Part shown: positions 10,062-20,772 of the stretch, one piece after another | How the letters are laid out: each line of letters begins with the position of its first letter | Position numbering within the stretch: position 1 is the first letter of the stretch | DNA from: an uncultured bacterium | Lineage (GTDB): Bacteria > Bacillota_I > Bacilli_A > RFN20 > CAG-826 | Assembly: GCA_949283025.1 (NCBI GenBank) | Contig: CASDRB010000008.1 | Location: 85 to 64,084 of the forward strand | Reading direction: 5' to 3' | DNA: 64,000 bases | Notes under the pieces: model-generated | What the model was told of the DNA's origin: nothing | What the model saw: the letters and a program-made list of their open reading frames with translations, nothing else | Database searches by the model: none | Position numbers and translations under genes: made by a program

Positions 10062-10865
10062 TTAAAATTCTTCGACAAAATATTGTTCATTTATTGATTC
10101 AATATCCCCATTATCACAAGCATTTGCTAATTTATGATCAAGTGGTATGCGACCTAAAATTTTAACATTGTATTCAGCCGCTACTTGTTCTAATTTTGAA
10201 TGTCCAAATACTTCGATATGTTCATTACATTTAGGACAAACAACATAAGACATATTTTCCACTATTCCCAATACTTTAATATTCATTTGATTCGCCATTT
10301 TAATAGCCTTACCAACAATCATTGAAACTAAATCCTGCGGAGTAGTGACAATAATAATACCATCAACTTTTATACCTTGGAAAACAGTTAAAGATACGTC
10401 TCCAGTTCCTGGTGGCATATCGACAAACATATAATCGACATCACCATAATTGACATCGGTGTAAAACTGTTTAACCATAGATGCAATTAAAGGCCCACGC
10501 CAAATAATAGGGTCGTCTTCATTTTCTAACAACAAATTGGAAGAAACGACTTTAATCCCGCGTCTAGAGACACTAGGATAAATGCATTCGCCATCGCTTT
10601 CTAATGCATCGTTAATACCAAAACATTTTGGAATTGACGGACCAGTAATATCGGCATCTAAAATCGCAACTTGTTTACCTTGATGCATCTTAGCAACAGC
10701 TAACAAAGATGTAACCAAAGACTTGCCGACTCCTCCTTTTCCAGATACTACACCAATTATTTTTTTAATATGAGATTTTGGATTTGCATCTAAAAGAAGC
10801 GATTTGGGATCGCGAGAAGCACAATTTTCACTGCAATGATCACAATCATGATTACAATCAGGCAT
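10062..10865 (-). CDS. Mrp/NBP35-family ATP-binding Fe-S cluster carrier protein
   Basis: Cys-rich N-terminus, deviant Walker A GVVSGKGGVGKS, and CPxC (CPKC) near the C-terminus. Confidence 0.85.
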   Translation of the reverse strand: MPDCNHDCDHCSENCASRDPKSLLLDANPKSHIKKIIGVVSGKGGVGKSLVTSLLAVAKMHQGKQVAILDADITGPSIPKCFGINDALESDGECIYPSVSRRGIKVVSSNLLLENEDDPIIWRGPLIASMVKQFYTDVNYGDVDYMFVDMPPGTGDVSLTVFQGIKVDGIIIVTTPQDLVSMIVGKAIKMANQMNIKVLGIVENMSYVVCPKCNEHIEVFGHSKLEQVAAEYNVKILGRIPLDHKLANACDNGDIESINEQYFVEEF

Positions 10866-10924
10866 AAATAAACTCCTTTAATAACTTTAAAATTATACAA
10901 TATATTTTTAAAAATATACAATTA

Positions 10925-12580
10925 TTAGATATATGTTTTGTCGCTGTTGAATAGTTTAGCGATGTTAGAACAATGTGAAAATACCCTTTGATAATCACTA
11001 ATTATATCGGCGTAAACCAAATTTAAGTAAGAAATTTTCTTATCGGATTGATTAGAAAATGTCTGATAATATTTTTCTAATAAAGCATCGGTTTGCAGGA
11101 TATACTCTCTTCGCAATGATATGATTGACAAAGATAATTTTTTGTCTTGGTTAATGTATGTTTGTTGAGTCATTTTTAATATATCAAGGCATTGTTTGTT
11201 CAATAAATTAATATCTTCAAATAAAGAACTATGGAACTTATTTTTCCTTTCGTATGCTGATTCAAAAAAATTAATTAAATTCTCACCATAATCTCCTAGA
11301 CGTTCTATATCTTTGCAACCTTTTAAAACGCAAGTAAAAAGTTTTAAATCATTTTCACTTAATTCGCCTTTATCAGCCAATAATAAATACTCATTTAACA
11401 ATCGGTCAATTTTATCTATTGATATTTCTAATTCGTGAACATAAATCGCATCGTTTTGATTTTGAGATTGTAAATACTTATTAATATTTTCAAACATTTC
11501 TATGACATAAGAAAACATAATATCCACTTCTTCTTTAGCAAGTTGAATACCAGCAGAAGGAAATTCTTTCATGGCCTTTGTATCTAACTCTTTAATTTTA
11601 ATTTCATGTCTTTTAACATCTTCACCTTTAATAATAAAATGGAATAATTTGTCAATAGGCTTTAAGATGGGAATAACAATAAAAGCGGTAATACTATTGA
11701 AAATTAAATGGAATAAAGCAATTTGTAATTTTGGGTCAATTGGCCAAGAAGAAGACGATTTTAAAAAATCCTGACACGCATATATTAGTCCCATAAATAT
11801 CAATGATCCAATAACATTGAATAATACATGAAATAACGCCACTCTTTTTGAGTCTTTATTTCCACCAATAGAAGCTAAAATAACATCGATAGTAGTACCA
11901 ATATTAGCGCCTAAAACTATTGGTGCAATACCAAAAAAAGTAATGCCAGAAAAATCTGAAATAGCATAAATACCCTGCAAAACCCCTATAACTGCTGAGC
12001 TAGATTGAAAAATAGCAGAACTTAGTGCACCTATCAATAAACCAAGCCAGGGAGAATTATTCAAGGCAATAAATGTATCTTTAAACCATGGGTATGAAGA
12101 AAGTGATTCCAAATTAATATCAATCAGCCATAGACCAAAAAATATGCTGCCCAATGCAAAACAAATATCACCAACGTTGGTTAACTTTTGCCTAGTTGTC
12201 AAAAGCAAAATGATTGAGCCTATAAACAAAACGATTGGCATATATTCTAAAATAGGAATAGAAATAATAAAAGCGGTAATTGTCGTTCCAATATTTGCGC
12301 CAATAATTATCCCTGCAGCTTGAGCAAAAGTTAATATCCCAGCGCGAACCAATCCAACAGTCAAAGCCGTTGTCGCAGAACTAGATTGAATAATAGATGT
12401 AAATCCTGCGCCAGTCAGCAATCCTTTAATAGGATTGTCAGAACACTTAGATAGAAATTTTTTTAATTTGTTTCCGGCGATTCGTTTTAAAGTTTTGCTT
12501 AACGAAACAATACCAAACAAAAATAGACCCAATCCACCTAAAGTAAATGTCCAAAATTGTATTTGTGTATAATCAAACAT
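10925..12580 (-). CDS. Na/Pi cotransporter family protein with PhoU-like C-terminal domain
   Basis: Duplicated GANIGTT motifs in a polytopic N-terminal half, followed by a helical PhoU-like C-terminal half. Confidence 0.8.
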   Translation of the reverse strand: MFDYTQIQFWTFTLGGLGLFLFGIVSLSKTLKRIAGNKLKKFLSKCSDNPIKGLLTGAGFTSIIQSSSATTALTVGLVRAGILTFAQAAGIIIGANIGTTITAFIISIPILEYMPIVLFIGSIILLLTTRQKLTNVGDICFALGSIFFGLWLIDINLESLSSYPWFKDTFIALNNSPWLGLLIGALSSAIFQSSSAVIGVLQGIYAISDFSGITFFGIAPIVLGANIGTTIDVILASIGGNKDSKRVALFHVLFNVIGSLIFMGLIYACQDFLKSSSSWPIDPKLQIALFHLIFNSITAFIVIPILKPIDKLFHFIIKGEDVKRHEIKIKELDTKAMKEFPSAGIQLAKEEVDIMFSYVIEMFENINKYLQSQNQNDAIYVHELEISIDKIDRLLNEYLLLADKGELSENDLKLFTCVLKGCKDIERLGDYGENLINFFESAYERKNKFHSSLFEDINLLNKQCLDILKMTQQTYINQDKKLSLSIISLRREYILQTDALLEKYYQTFSNQSDKKISYLNLVYADIISDYQRVFSHCSNIAKLFNSDKTYI

Positions 12581-12629
12581 GTTTTTATTTTATAAAAATT
12601 TTTTTATAATCAAAAGAAAAAAGTATATA

Positions 12630-14873
12630 TTATCTATTTTTATTACTTTTTTTAATGATGTTTAACACAGTTTGATAAGAAAAACCGGCCATAGTGATGT
12701 TTCTAATTGGAGCATTTTTAAGCGTTGTCTCTAACATCTTATAATTTGGGTTTTTTCTTAATAATTCAATTTGCAAATAAAGATTTATGCAAAATTTAAT
12801 TATTTCTATAATAAATATTTTTTTATTCATATCATAAATTCTCGTATCTAAATCGTATCTTTGCTCTTTGAATTTTATTTTTTGGTCAGCATAAAAATCA
12901 TACATCAAAATTGGCTTATCAATTTTTTCGCCATTAATATGTATAGTTTCACGCAATGGAGTATTATCAACACTATTTCCAACAAAAATTTGATAATCAC
13001 CATCAATCAAAACATCACGATTTAATCGTTTATAAAAATACTTTAAATTACAATAATAAACAAAAATAGAAACATTTTTAGATTCGCCTACTTTTAAATT
13101 TATTTTTTCATAAGCTTTCAATTCCAAAAACGGGAATACGCTCTTTATATAAACTTGAACCACTTCTTTTCCAGGATAATTTCCAACATTTTTAACATTT
13201 AAATTAATGATAAGACCTTCATCGTTTTTAGATACAACTAAATTACTAAATGTAAATTTGGTATATGAAAGGCCATAACCAAAGCAAAATAATGGTTGTT
13301 TTTTATTAAACAAATAATCGCGATAACCAATTAAAAATCTTTCGCGATAATAAGTAATCATGTCATCGTTTTTAGGAATATATTTATCTGCCAATATATC
13401 ATTTGCATGCACCGGAAAAGTTTGAGCTAATTTACCACTTGGCGAAATAATACCAAATAAAATATTTTTTAAGGCTTCTGCTACAGCTTCACCGCCTAAC
13501 CCCGCATATAAAATAGCGTTGCATTTATCAACAAAAGGCATTTCAATCGGATTGCCGCTATTAATTATTAAAATTAAGTTTGACGAAAGTTGATGTAACA
13601 CATCAATCAATTCTATTTCTTGCAAAGGTAATTTATTATTTTGTAAGTCTACACCTTCAGTTTCCACATCAGGTAATTGTATAAAAAGAATGGCAATGTC
13701 ATCGGGTTTAATATTTTCCTTAATTTGCTTTATTAACTTATCATGGCGTTTAGAATTGTTTAAATCATAACCATCATAATTACAAAATGGGATATTAGCT
13801 TGTTTTAAAAAATATAAAAAATCAAATTTAAAATATGGTTTAACATAACTTGATCCGCATCCTTGAATTTTAACTTTGTTTTGACCGATTACTACTACTT
13901 TTTGATTAGTTAAAGGCAAGATACCATCATTTTTTAAAAGTACAATTGATTCTGAAGCGATTTTTAAAGCCGTTTGATAATTATGATGGTAAATGTCTTT
14001 TTTTGATAATGAAATTTTTGAAGGGGTTAAATCCAAATTTAAATGTTGTCTCAAGCATGAATTTATATCTACATCATTGATTAATCCTTTTAGATATTGA
14101 TGATAAATATAACGATTAAGACCCATAACATGAGGCATCAGCAAATTAACCCCACACTTAATGGTTTTAACAATATCATGAAATGCCCCCCAATCAGAGA
14201 TAATCATTCCATCATATTTTAACCTATTTTTTAAAATTGTGTTGATTAGATAATGATTTTCGCCAATATGTTCGCCATTAACTTTGTTATATGCAAACAT
14301 GATAAATCGAGGTGAGGATTCTTTAATTACTATCTCAAAAGGTTTAATATATAGGTTAATTAAAGTCTCTTCATCAATAACCTCATCAACAATCATTCTA
14401 TTTAATTCTAAATTATTTAAAACATAGTGTTTGACACACGCACCAACACCCAAGGATTGTACACCATTTACATAGGCGCTTCCCAATCTACCACTAAGAA
14501 TTGGATCTTCGCTAAAATATTCAAAATTTCTTCCCCCAAATGGATGACGCTTTAAATTTATACCTGGCCCCAATACCACATTTACATTATTAATAATTGC
14601 TTCAGATGCAATTCCTTTCCCTAATTCATAAATTAGTGCATCATTAAAACTACAAGCGCTTAGGCAGGCGCAAGGAAAACACGTCGCCTTTTTGCTATGC
14701 CCATACATCTTAGAAATTCTTAATCCATGCGGTCCGTCACTGAATCTTAACTTTTTGATTCCTAATTTATCATTATGTAAACCAGACCAAAAATTTTTTC
14801 CATTGATATATTTAATTCTTTTTTTTATATCTATTTGCATTAGCAAATAATCTTTTGCTTTTTTATCGTTCAT
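12630..14873 (-). CDS. Glycoside hydrolase family 3 (beta-glucosidase-like), apparently cytoplasmic
   Basis: Contains FSDGPHGLR and the GMIISDWGA nucleophile region. No signal peptide. The start overlaps the GT2 stop by 1 nt (TAATG). Confidence 0.85.
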   Translation of the reverse strand: MNDKKAKDYLLMQIDIKKRIKYINGKNFWSGLHNDKLGIKKLRFSDGPHGLRISKMYGHSKKATCFPCACLSACSFNDALIYELGKGIASEAIINNVNVVLGPGINLKRHPFGGRNFEYFSEDPILSGRLGSAYVNGVQSLGVGACVKHYVLNNLELNRMIVDEVIDEETLINLYIKPFEIVIKESSPRFIMFAYNKVNGEHIGENHYLINTILKNRLKYDGMIISDWGAFHDIVKTIKCGVNLLMPHVMGLNRYIYHQYLKGLINDVDINSCLRQHLNLDLTPSKISLSKKDIYHHNYQTALKIASESIVLLKNDGILPLTNQKVVVIGQNKVKIQGCGSSYVKPYFKFDFLYFLKQANIPFCNYDGYDLNNSKRHDKLIKQIKENIKPDDIAILFIQLPDVETEGVDLQNNKLPLQEIELIDVLHQLSSNLILIINSGNPIEMPFVDKCNAILYAGLGGEAVAEALKNILFGIISPSGKLAQTFPVHANDILADKYIPKNDDMITYYRERFLIGYRDYLFNKKQPLFCFGYGLSYTKFTFSNLVVSKNDEGLIINLNVKNVGNYPGKEVVQVYIKSVFPFLELKAYEKINLKVGESKNVSIFVYYCNLKYFYKRLNRDVLIDGDYQIFVGNSVDNTPLRETIHINGEKIDKPILMYDFYADQKIKFKEQRYDLDTRIYDMNKKIFIIEIIKFCINLYLQIELLRKNPNYKMLETTLKNAPIRNITMAGFSYQTVLNIIKKSNKNR

Positions 14874-16174
14874 TATTTTTTAGATACATTTCTTTTAATT
14901 TGTTTCCATTTTGGTTTGCTCAACGCACCTAAAGTTATACCAATAGCCCACAAAATCATAAAAAACGAAGACATGAATATGCCTGTATATAAACCCTTTA
15001 ATGATTTTAATCCTAAATGTTTTTTGCTTAAAACCATCGCTAACCAAGTCTGAATAATGTAAACAACAATAAAACTACCTAAAATATATCCAATCAAAAT
15101 ACCCATCTCATTCAAATAACTTAATGAGAAATCAGGACTCATTGGATATGGTAAAAAATTTGGTCCAAAGGCATTGATTAAATGCGAAATAATCAAAAAA
15201 GCATAATAAGCTGGAAACCATAGGCAGCATAAAACACCAACTGGAATGAAAAACAATTGCATGAATAGATCAACATATGTAAATTTACCGGTAGTAAAAA
15301 ACTTACCAATAAATACAAAGCCTCGTTTGAAAAAGACGCGTGTGAGTCCACATCCCATTCTTTTTAAGCGATTCATGTTGTCAACAAATGTAGATGGTTG
15401 ATCTTCATACACAATTGCATCGGCAACATAATGCACGTCGTGTCCATCAATCATACGATTCAATGTATATTCAGCATCCTCGGAAACGCTCATCGCATCC
15501 CATCCGTATTGATAAATAATGTCTAATGAAACCATCATTCCCGCACCGGTAAGCATTGAAGACATACCAACTTTTTCTCGAAAATTAGATGGAATTCTTG
15601 AATCTCTTACATAGTAAGTAGCAGACACTTTTGTCCAAATATTTTGTTTGGCATTTTTGCTCCATTCAAATGGTCTTGCAATTTTGACCCCGGCATTTAA
15701 AGCATCATTCATTCGCGAAATATAATCACTTTTACAATGGTTATCAGCATCAAATCTAATAATCGCATCATAGCCATTGTGATTAGTTATAATTTCATCT
15801 AATAAAAACTTTAATGGATATGCAACACGCATATGGGAAGGAATAAAATCATCGTATTTATAAGCAATCGCTCCCGCTTTTAAAGCTTTTTCGTATGTAT
15901 TATCAGTGCAATTATGGGCACACACAAAAACATCATATAATTCTTTTGGATAATCCTGCTCTTTTAATAATTTTGTGACAGTTTCTTCGATTACATCCTC
16001 TTCATTTCGCCCACATATAACAATAGCAAAACGCTTTTTAACATCGCTTATTGGAAATTTTTTGGGTTTTAGCCAAATAAAAAAGATATAAATCAATTGG
16101 AATAAAAATCCAATTGTTGTTATACCAATACAAATATAATTAATAATTTCTAGTACGTATAATAAAGTGGCCAC
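14873..16174 (-). CDS. Membrane-embedded family 2 glycosyltransferase (synthase-like)
   Basis: One N-terminal TM and about 4 C-terminal TM helices. Motifs VICGRNEE, FDADN, SEDAEY and RLKRMG (a QxxRW-like position). GTG start at 16174, the first start codon after an in-frame TGA. Confidence 0.75.
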   Translation of the reverse strand: MATLLYVLEIINYICIGITTIGFLFQLIYIFFIWLKPKKFPISDVKKRFAIVICGRNEEDVIEETVTKLLKEQDYPKELYDVFVCAHNCTDNTYEKALKAGAIAYKYDDFIPSHMRVAYPLKFLLDEIITNHNGYDAIIRFDADNHCKSDYISRMNDALNAGVKIARPFEWSKNAKQNIWTKVSATYYVRDSRIPSNFREKVGMSSMLTGAGMMVSLDIIYQYGWDAMSVSEDAEYTLNRMIDGHDVHYVADAIVYEDQPSTFVDNMNRLKRMGCGLTRVFFKRGFVFIGKFFTTGKFTYVDLFMQLFFIPVGVLCCLWFPAYYAFLIISHLINAFGPNFLPYPMSPDFSLSYLNEMGILIGYILGSFIVVYIIQTWLAMVLSKKHLGLKSLKGLYTGIFMSSFFMILWAIGITLGALSKPKWKQIKRNVSKK

Positions 16175-16368
16175 AAGATAACAATATTGAACTAATCAAT
16201 ATCCTTTCGTTAATAATAAACAAGATATCCAATATTTATTATAACTATCAGAACAAACATTATCAATCTATTAAACTTTTAATTTTTGTTTAAAATTTTT
16301 ATTGTTCTTTTATTATAAACGCTTCCGTTTTCAATATTTCAAATAAAATGTGATAACGATTATGTATA

Positions 16369-16905
16369 TTATTTTTCGTATATTTTTTTGCTTAAAATAG
16401 CAACATAAGGTAAATTTCGATATCTTTCATCATAATCAAGACCATATCCAACCACAAATCCACCTTCAATTGTAGTTCCGACATATTTTGGCTTAAAATC
16501 TAATCGCCTTCCACTCGGTTTATCAATTAGACACGCGGCTTCAAAAGATGCGATTTTTCTAGTTGCAAATAATGACATAACTTCATTCATAGTTATCCCT
16601 GAATCAACAATATCATCGACGATAATTACATGTTTATTCATAACATTAATTTCTATATCTTTTTTAAAGACGATATTTGCACTAGTAGTTCCACCATGAT
16701 ATGAACTAATTTGCATAAAATCAATTTGAATGGGAATAGTAATTTCTTTTATTAAATCCATCATAAATGGCATAGCACCTTTTAACATGCCGATGACAAC
16801 CAAATCTTTTCCTTTATAATCTAAAGAAATTTGTTTGCCTAGTCTTTGTACAATTTCTTTTATTTGTTCTTTAGTGATTATGATTTTTTCAAACTCGTTC
16901 TCCAT
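16369..16905 (-). CDS. hpt: Hypoxanthine phosphoribosyltransferase
   Basis: PRPP-binding loop VIIVDDIVDSGITM, and typical length and termini for Hpt. Confidence 0.9.
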   Translation of the reverse strand: MENEFEKIIITKEQIKEIVQRLGKQISLDYKGKDLVVIGMLKGAMPFMMDLIKEITIPIQIDFMQISSYHGGTTSANIVFKKDIEINVMNKHVIIVDDIVDSGITMNEVMSLFATRKIASFEAACLIDKPSGRRLDFKPKYVGTTIEGGFVVGYGLDYDERYRNLPYVAILSKKIYEK

Positions 16906-16909
16906 ATTG

Positions 16910-18394
16910 CTACCTCACATATAATTTTTTAGCGCTCATAACTGGTTCTTCCGTTACATCGATTCCTAATCTTTTTAAAGTATCGGTGTCACTTTTTGAA
17001 AGAATAGTAGTCGAATGGGCTTGACAGCCTTTTAATTTATGGAGTTGATTTAAAGCCAAAGAAGATAAAGAATTGGTCGGCGCTTGAATTGCTAATGCAG
17101 TTAAAACTTCTTCCGCTCTTAAATAAGGAACGGTGTTTTTAGAATAACTGCGTTTCAACTTTAATATTGGTTCTAAAACATTGGGGGTAATTAAATAAAT
17201 AGAATCATCAATTTTAGCTAAAGTTTTTAAAGCATTAAGCAACAATCCAGCAGGAGAAGAAAATAAGGATGATTTTTTAGCAGTAATTATTTTTCCGTTG
17301 TTTAGTTCTAAAGCGATGCATGGTGCGTTGCAAAGTTTAGATTTTTCCAAAGCATATGAAACACATTTACGATTAGCAATTGAAATATTTAAACGGTTCA
17401 TAAGCATTTCAATTTTTTCAACACAATCATCGTCAAATTTGCCATAAAAATTACTTTTTTTAACTTGATAATAACGGCGAATAATCTCATCCTCACTAGC
17501 TTTTTTTGCTACTTCTTGATTTTTTATAGCAAAGCCTGCCATATTAACTCCCATGTCGGTGGGAGAATAATAAGGGCTTTCGCCATATATTTTTTCAAAA
17601 ATAGTTTTCAACAATGGAAAAACTTCCACATCTCGATTATAATTTACAGCAATTTTGTTATAGTGTTCTAAATGAAACGGATCTATCATATTGACATCTT
17701 TTAAATCGACTGTCGCAGCTTCATAAGCTAAATTAATAGGGTTGTCTAAACCTATATTCCAAATTGGAAAAGTTTCATATTTTGCATATCCAGAACGAAT
17801 ACCATTCTTGCTATCATGATAAAGTTGAGATAAACATGTAGCCATTTTTCCACTTCCTGGACCAGGTGCAGTTATCACAACTAAAGGACGAGTTGTCTTG
17901 ATATATTCGTTTTTACCAAGCCCCTCGTCAGAAACAATTAACGAAGCATTTTGCGGATAACCATTTATTTTATAAAGGCGATAAACATTTATGTTGTTAT
18001 TTTCAAGTTTAGTAATAAACGAATCAACTAATAACGATGGAGCATAAAAAGAAAAAGCGACACTAGAAACATAAAGACCAGTTTCTTTAAAAGCATCAAT
18101 TAATCTTTCAACTTCTGATTGATATGTTATGCCACTATCGTTTCTAATTTTATTAGAATTAATATCATTGGTGTTAACGACAATTACAATTTCTACCTGG
18201 TCTTTAAAACCTAACAACATCTTAACTTTTGAATCAGCTTCAAAACCTGGCAAAACTCGGGCAGCATGATAATCATCAAACAATTTGCCTCCGAATTCAA
18301 TGTAAAGTTTATTATCAAAAGAAGCGATTCTTTTAATGATTGCATCTCTTTGAATTTTTAAATATTTTTTATTATCAAACGCTATCTTTTTCAT
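16910..18394 (-). CDS. DUF1846 / UPF0371 family protein
   Basis: The N-terminus FDNKKYLKIQRDAIIKRI...YIEFGGKLFDDYHAARVLPGFEADSK matches my recollection of the UPF0371 signature. Length is about 494 aa. Confidence 0.75.
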   Translation of the reverse strand: MKKIAFDNKKYLKIQRDAIIKRIASFDNKLYIEFGGKLFDDYHAARVLPGFEADSKVKMLLGFKDQVEIVIVVNTNDINSNKIRNDSGITYQSEVERLIDAFKETGLYVSSVAFSFYAPSLLVDSFITKLENNNINVYRLYKINGYPQNASLIVSDEGLGKNEYIKTTRPLVVITAPGPGSGKMATCLSQLYHDSKNGIRSGYAKYETFPIWNIGLDNPINLAYEAATVDLKDVNMIDPFHLEHYNKIAVNYNRDVEVFPLLKTIFEKIYGESPYYSPTDMGVNMAGFAIKNQEVAKKASEDEIIRRYYQVKKSNFYGKFDDDCVEKIEMLMNRLNISIANRKCVSYALEKSKLCNAPCIALELNNGKIITAKKSSLFSSPAGLLLNALKTLAKIDDSIYLITPNVLEPILKLKRSYSKNTVPYLRAEEVLTALAIQAPTNSLSSLALNQLHKLKGCQAHSTTILSKSDTDTLKRLGIDVTEEPVMSAKKLYVR

Positions 18395-18396
18395 AT

Positions 18397-19368
18397 CTAA
18401 ATCTTTTCGACAAACATATCATATACAATCGTAAGTGGCATGCCTAATTCAATATGCTCAATAATTTTTGCTAGCATTGGAGCCAACGATAAAACTTTCA
18501 CTTTTTCATCATCCATTTCTTTTTTTAATGGTATTGAATCAGTGATAACAATTTCTTTAAAAACATCACTATCAATCAGTCGTTCTTTTGATTTATTTGA
18601 AAAAACACCGTGAGTTGCAGCGATTCGCACATCTTTTGCGCCTTTTTTTAATAACATCTTAGCAGCCTCATAACACGAACCAGCAGTATCAATAATATCA
18701 TCAACAATGAGGCAGTGTTTATTTTCAACATCACCAACAATATTAACAACTTCAGCCTCATTAGGACCATTTCGACGTTTATCAATAATTGCTAAAGGAG
18801 TATTTAATCTTTGAGCAACTTTTCTAGCACGATTAACACCGCCATGATCTGGAGAAACGGTAATCCATTCGTCATTAACTTTGTTAAGAAAATGAGTAGC
18901 TAGAAGAGGGATTGCAGTAATTTCATCAACTAAGCAGGAAAAGAAGCCTTGAATTTGTGAAGCGTGTAAATCGACGCAAATAACTCTTGTCACCCCTGCA
19001 GTCTTTAATAAATCTGCGACCAATCTTGCAGTAATCGGCTGCCTTGGCTTGGCCTTACGATCTTGACGAGCGTAACCATAATAAGGCATTATGACTGTAA
19101 TATTTTTAGCCGATGCTCTTTTTAATGCATCTACAAATACAAAAATTTCAAATAAATTTTCATTGACAGGACCACATGTGGACTGAATGATGTAACAATT
19201 TTTTTCTCTGACTGAATCGATTGGTTCGCATATGGTTTCACCATCAGCAAAATGAGATATAGATACATCGGCGACATTTATTCCAAGGATTTTTGCAACA
19301 TCGCTTGTTAATTTTTTATTAGCACTTAAAGCAAATAATCTAGCGTTTTTATCAATTGCAATATTCAT
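18397..19368 (-). CDS. prs: Ribose-phosphate pyrophosphokinase
   Basis: Motifs YARQDRK, DLHA and CLIVDDIIDTAGS (PRPP loop). Confidence 0.9.
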   Translation of the reverse strand: MNIAIDKNARLFALSANKKLTSDVAKILGINVADVSISHFADGETICEPIDSVREKNCYIIQSTCGPVNENLFEIFVFVDALKRASAKNITVIMPYYGYARQDRKAKPRQPITARLVADLLKTAGVTRVICVDLHASQIQGFFSCLVDEITAIPLLATHFLNKVNDEWITVSPDHGGVNRARKVAQRLNTPLAIIDKRRNGPNEAEVVNIVGDVENKHCLIVDDIIDTAGSCYEAAKMLLKKGAKDVRIAATHGVFSNKSKERLIDSDVFKEIVITDSIPLKKEMDDEKVKVLSLAPMLAKIIEHIELGMPLTIVYDMFVEKI

Positions 19369-19412
19369 AATTAATTACCTCTATTAGATAAACATATGAC
19401 TTTATGTTTTTT

Positions 19413-20039
19413 TTATTTAGTTCCAAAAATGCGATCACCAGCGTCACCAAGACCTGGAATAATATAACCTTTATTATTAAGGTGAGAATCTAGCACAGCT
19501 AAATATATATGAACATCTGGGTGTTTAGTTTCGACATTTTTAACTCCTTCTGGACACCCAACAAGACACATTAATCTAATATTTGTATATCCTCTTTTTT
19601 TGATAGCATCAATTGCTGCTATTGCACTACCACCAGTAGCTAGCATCGGATCGACAACCACCACTAAAGGATTTTCAACTTTTGGCAATTTAAAATAATA
19701 TTCGTGAGGAATCAAAGTCTCCTCGTCGCGATACATGCCGATATGCCCTATTCTGGCAGTTGGAATCATATTTCTTATACCATCAACCATTCCTATTCCT
19801 GCTCTTAATATTGGAGCAAGAATAATTTTATTATCCAATTTAACTTTTTTTAATCTAGCGCCAGTGGGAGTATTATATTCTTCGTCAATTTCATGTACTC
19901 CAACATCTTTAAAAACTTCATAACTCATCAATGAAGCAATTTCATCTAATGATTCCCTAAATTCTTTTGATTTAGTTTTTTCATCACGCATGATGGCAAG
20001 TTTAACTTTAATGAGGGGGTGATCCACAATTGTTAACAT
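19413..20039 (-). CDS. upp: Uracil phosphoribosyltransferase
   Basis: Motifs HPLIKVKLAIMRD, ILRAG, VVVDPMLATGGS and YIIPGLGDAGDRIFGTK. Confidence 0.92.
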   Translation of the reverse strand: MLTIVDHPLIKVKLAIMRDEKTKSKEFRESLDEIASLMSYEVFKDVGVHEIDEEYNTPTGARLKKVKLDNKIILAPILRAGIGMVDGIRNMIPTARIGHIGMYRDEETLIPHEYYFKLPKVENPLVVVVDPMLATGGSAIAAIDAIKKRGYTNIRLMCLVGCPEGVKNVETKHPDVHIYLAVLDSHLNNKGYIIPGLGDAGDRIFGTK

Positions 20040-20071
20040 ATTATTTTATCGCTCCTTTTATTTTCATTTTA

Positions 20072-20100
20072 TTTTACCAATATGTTTGGTAATAGACAAT
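20072..20100 (-). promoter_or_regulatory. Putative promoter of the upp-prs-DUF1846-hpt operon
   Basis: The minus strand reads TTGTCT (20100..20095), then 17 nt, then TAAAAT (20077..20072) with a TG extension (TGGTAAAAT). A GGAG RBS follows before ATG 20039. Confidence 0.45.
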
Positions 20101-20126
20101 TGAATAATTTGTCTTTTCATTAAAGA

Positions 20127-20147
20127 AGCCTTGAAAATCAAGGCTTA
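20127..20147 (-). terminator. Hairpin downstream of the 20164..20679 ORF
   Basis: AAGCCTTGA-AAA-TCAAGGCTT forms a 9 bp stem. The U-tract is weak. Confidence 0.4.
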
Positions 20148-20163
20148 TTGTTTATATAGAAAA

Positions 20164-20679
20164 TTATTTGGTTTTAAATCCTATATTGTTATCAGAACAT
20201 GGCATATTTTCTTTTAAATTATGATATTTGGAATTGTATGTTGCAGGATATGGAAAACCAGTATCTCCAAGATTTCCACATGCCACATATGTTCTAACAT
20301 CTTTAAAATAAGAATTCCCCTTTAAAGAGATAGTGGCATTTTTAAATTCGGTATTTTTTGGATTTAGACATAAATCAGTTGCCTCATGTAAATAGACAGC
20401 GCCACGAGTCAAGGATGTTGTTACCTGAGTAGAAGTGCCATCTGTTAATTTCTTTTTAATAGCTAATAATGTTCCTAATGCTAAGAAAAAGCCAGGAATA
20501 TAATCCAATGGAACTCCATTTAAATTAACAGGATTATCTAAAGTTCCATTTCTAACCGATAAGCCAGTAATGTCTTCAGCACAAGGAGCCCATCCAGGAT
20601 AATTTCTCCAAACCGAATCAGAAAAACACATCAAATGTGAATAAATAATGTTAGGGTTAATTTTTTTTGATATCCTCAA
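20164..20679 (-). pseudogene. CoA-transferase family III-like fragment (probable gene remnant)
   Basis: TTG-initiated 171 aa ORF. GWAPCAEDITGLSV and DYIPGFFLALGTLLAIKKKLTDGTSTQVTTSLTRGAVYL resemble the central region of CaiB/BaiF-type enzymes, which are about 400 aa. There is no room for the missing N-terminal part. Confidence 0.3.
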
Positions 20680-20772
20680 ATGGTATATCTATGTAAAACT
20701 ATAAACTCATCGTTAAAATTCGAAAAAGATATATTTAAAGTGCTATTATGATATTTATCTAGTATTAGATAA

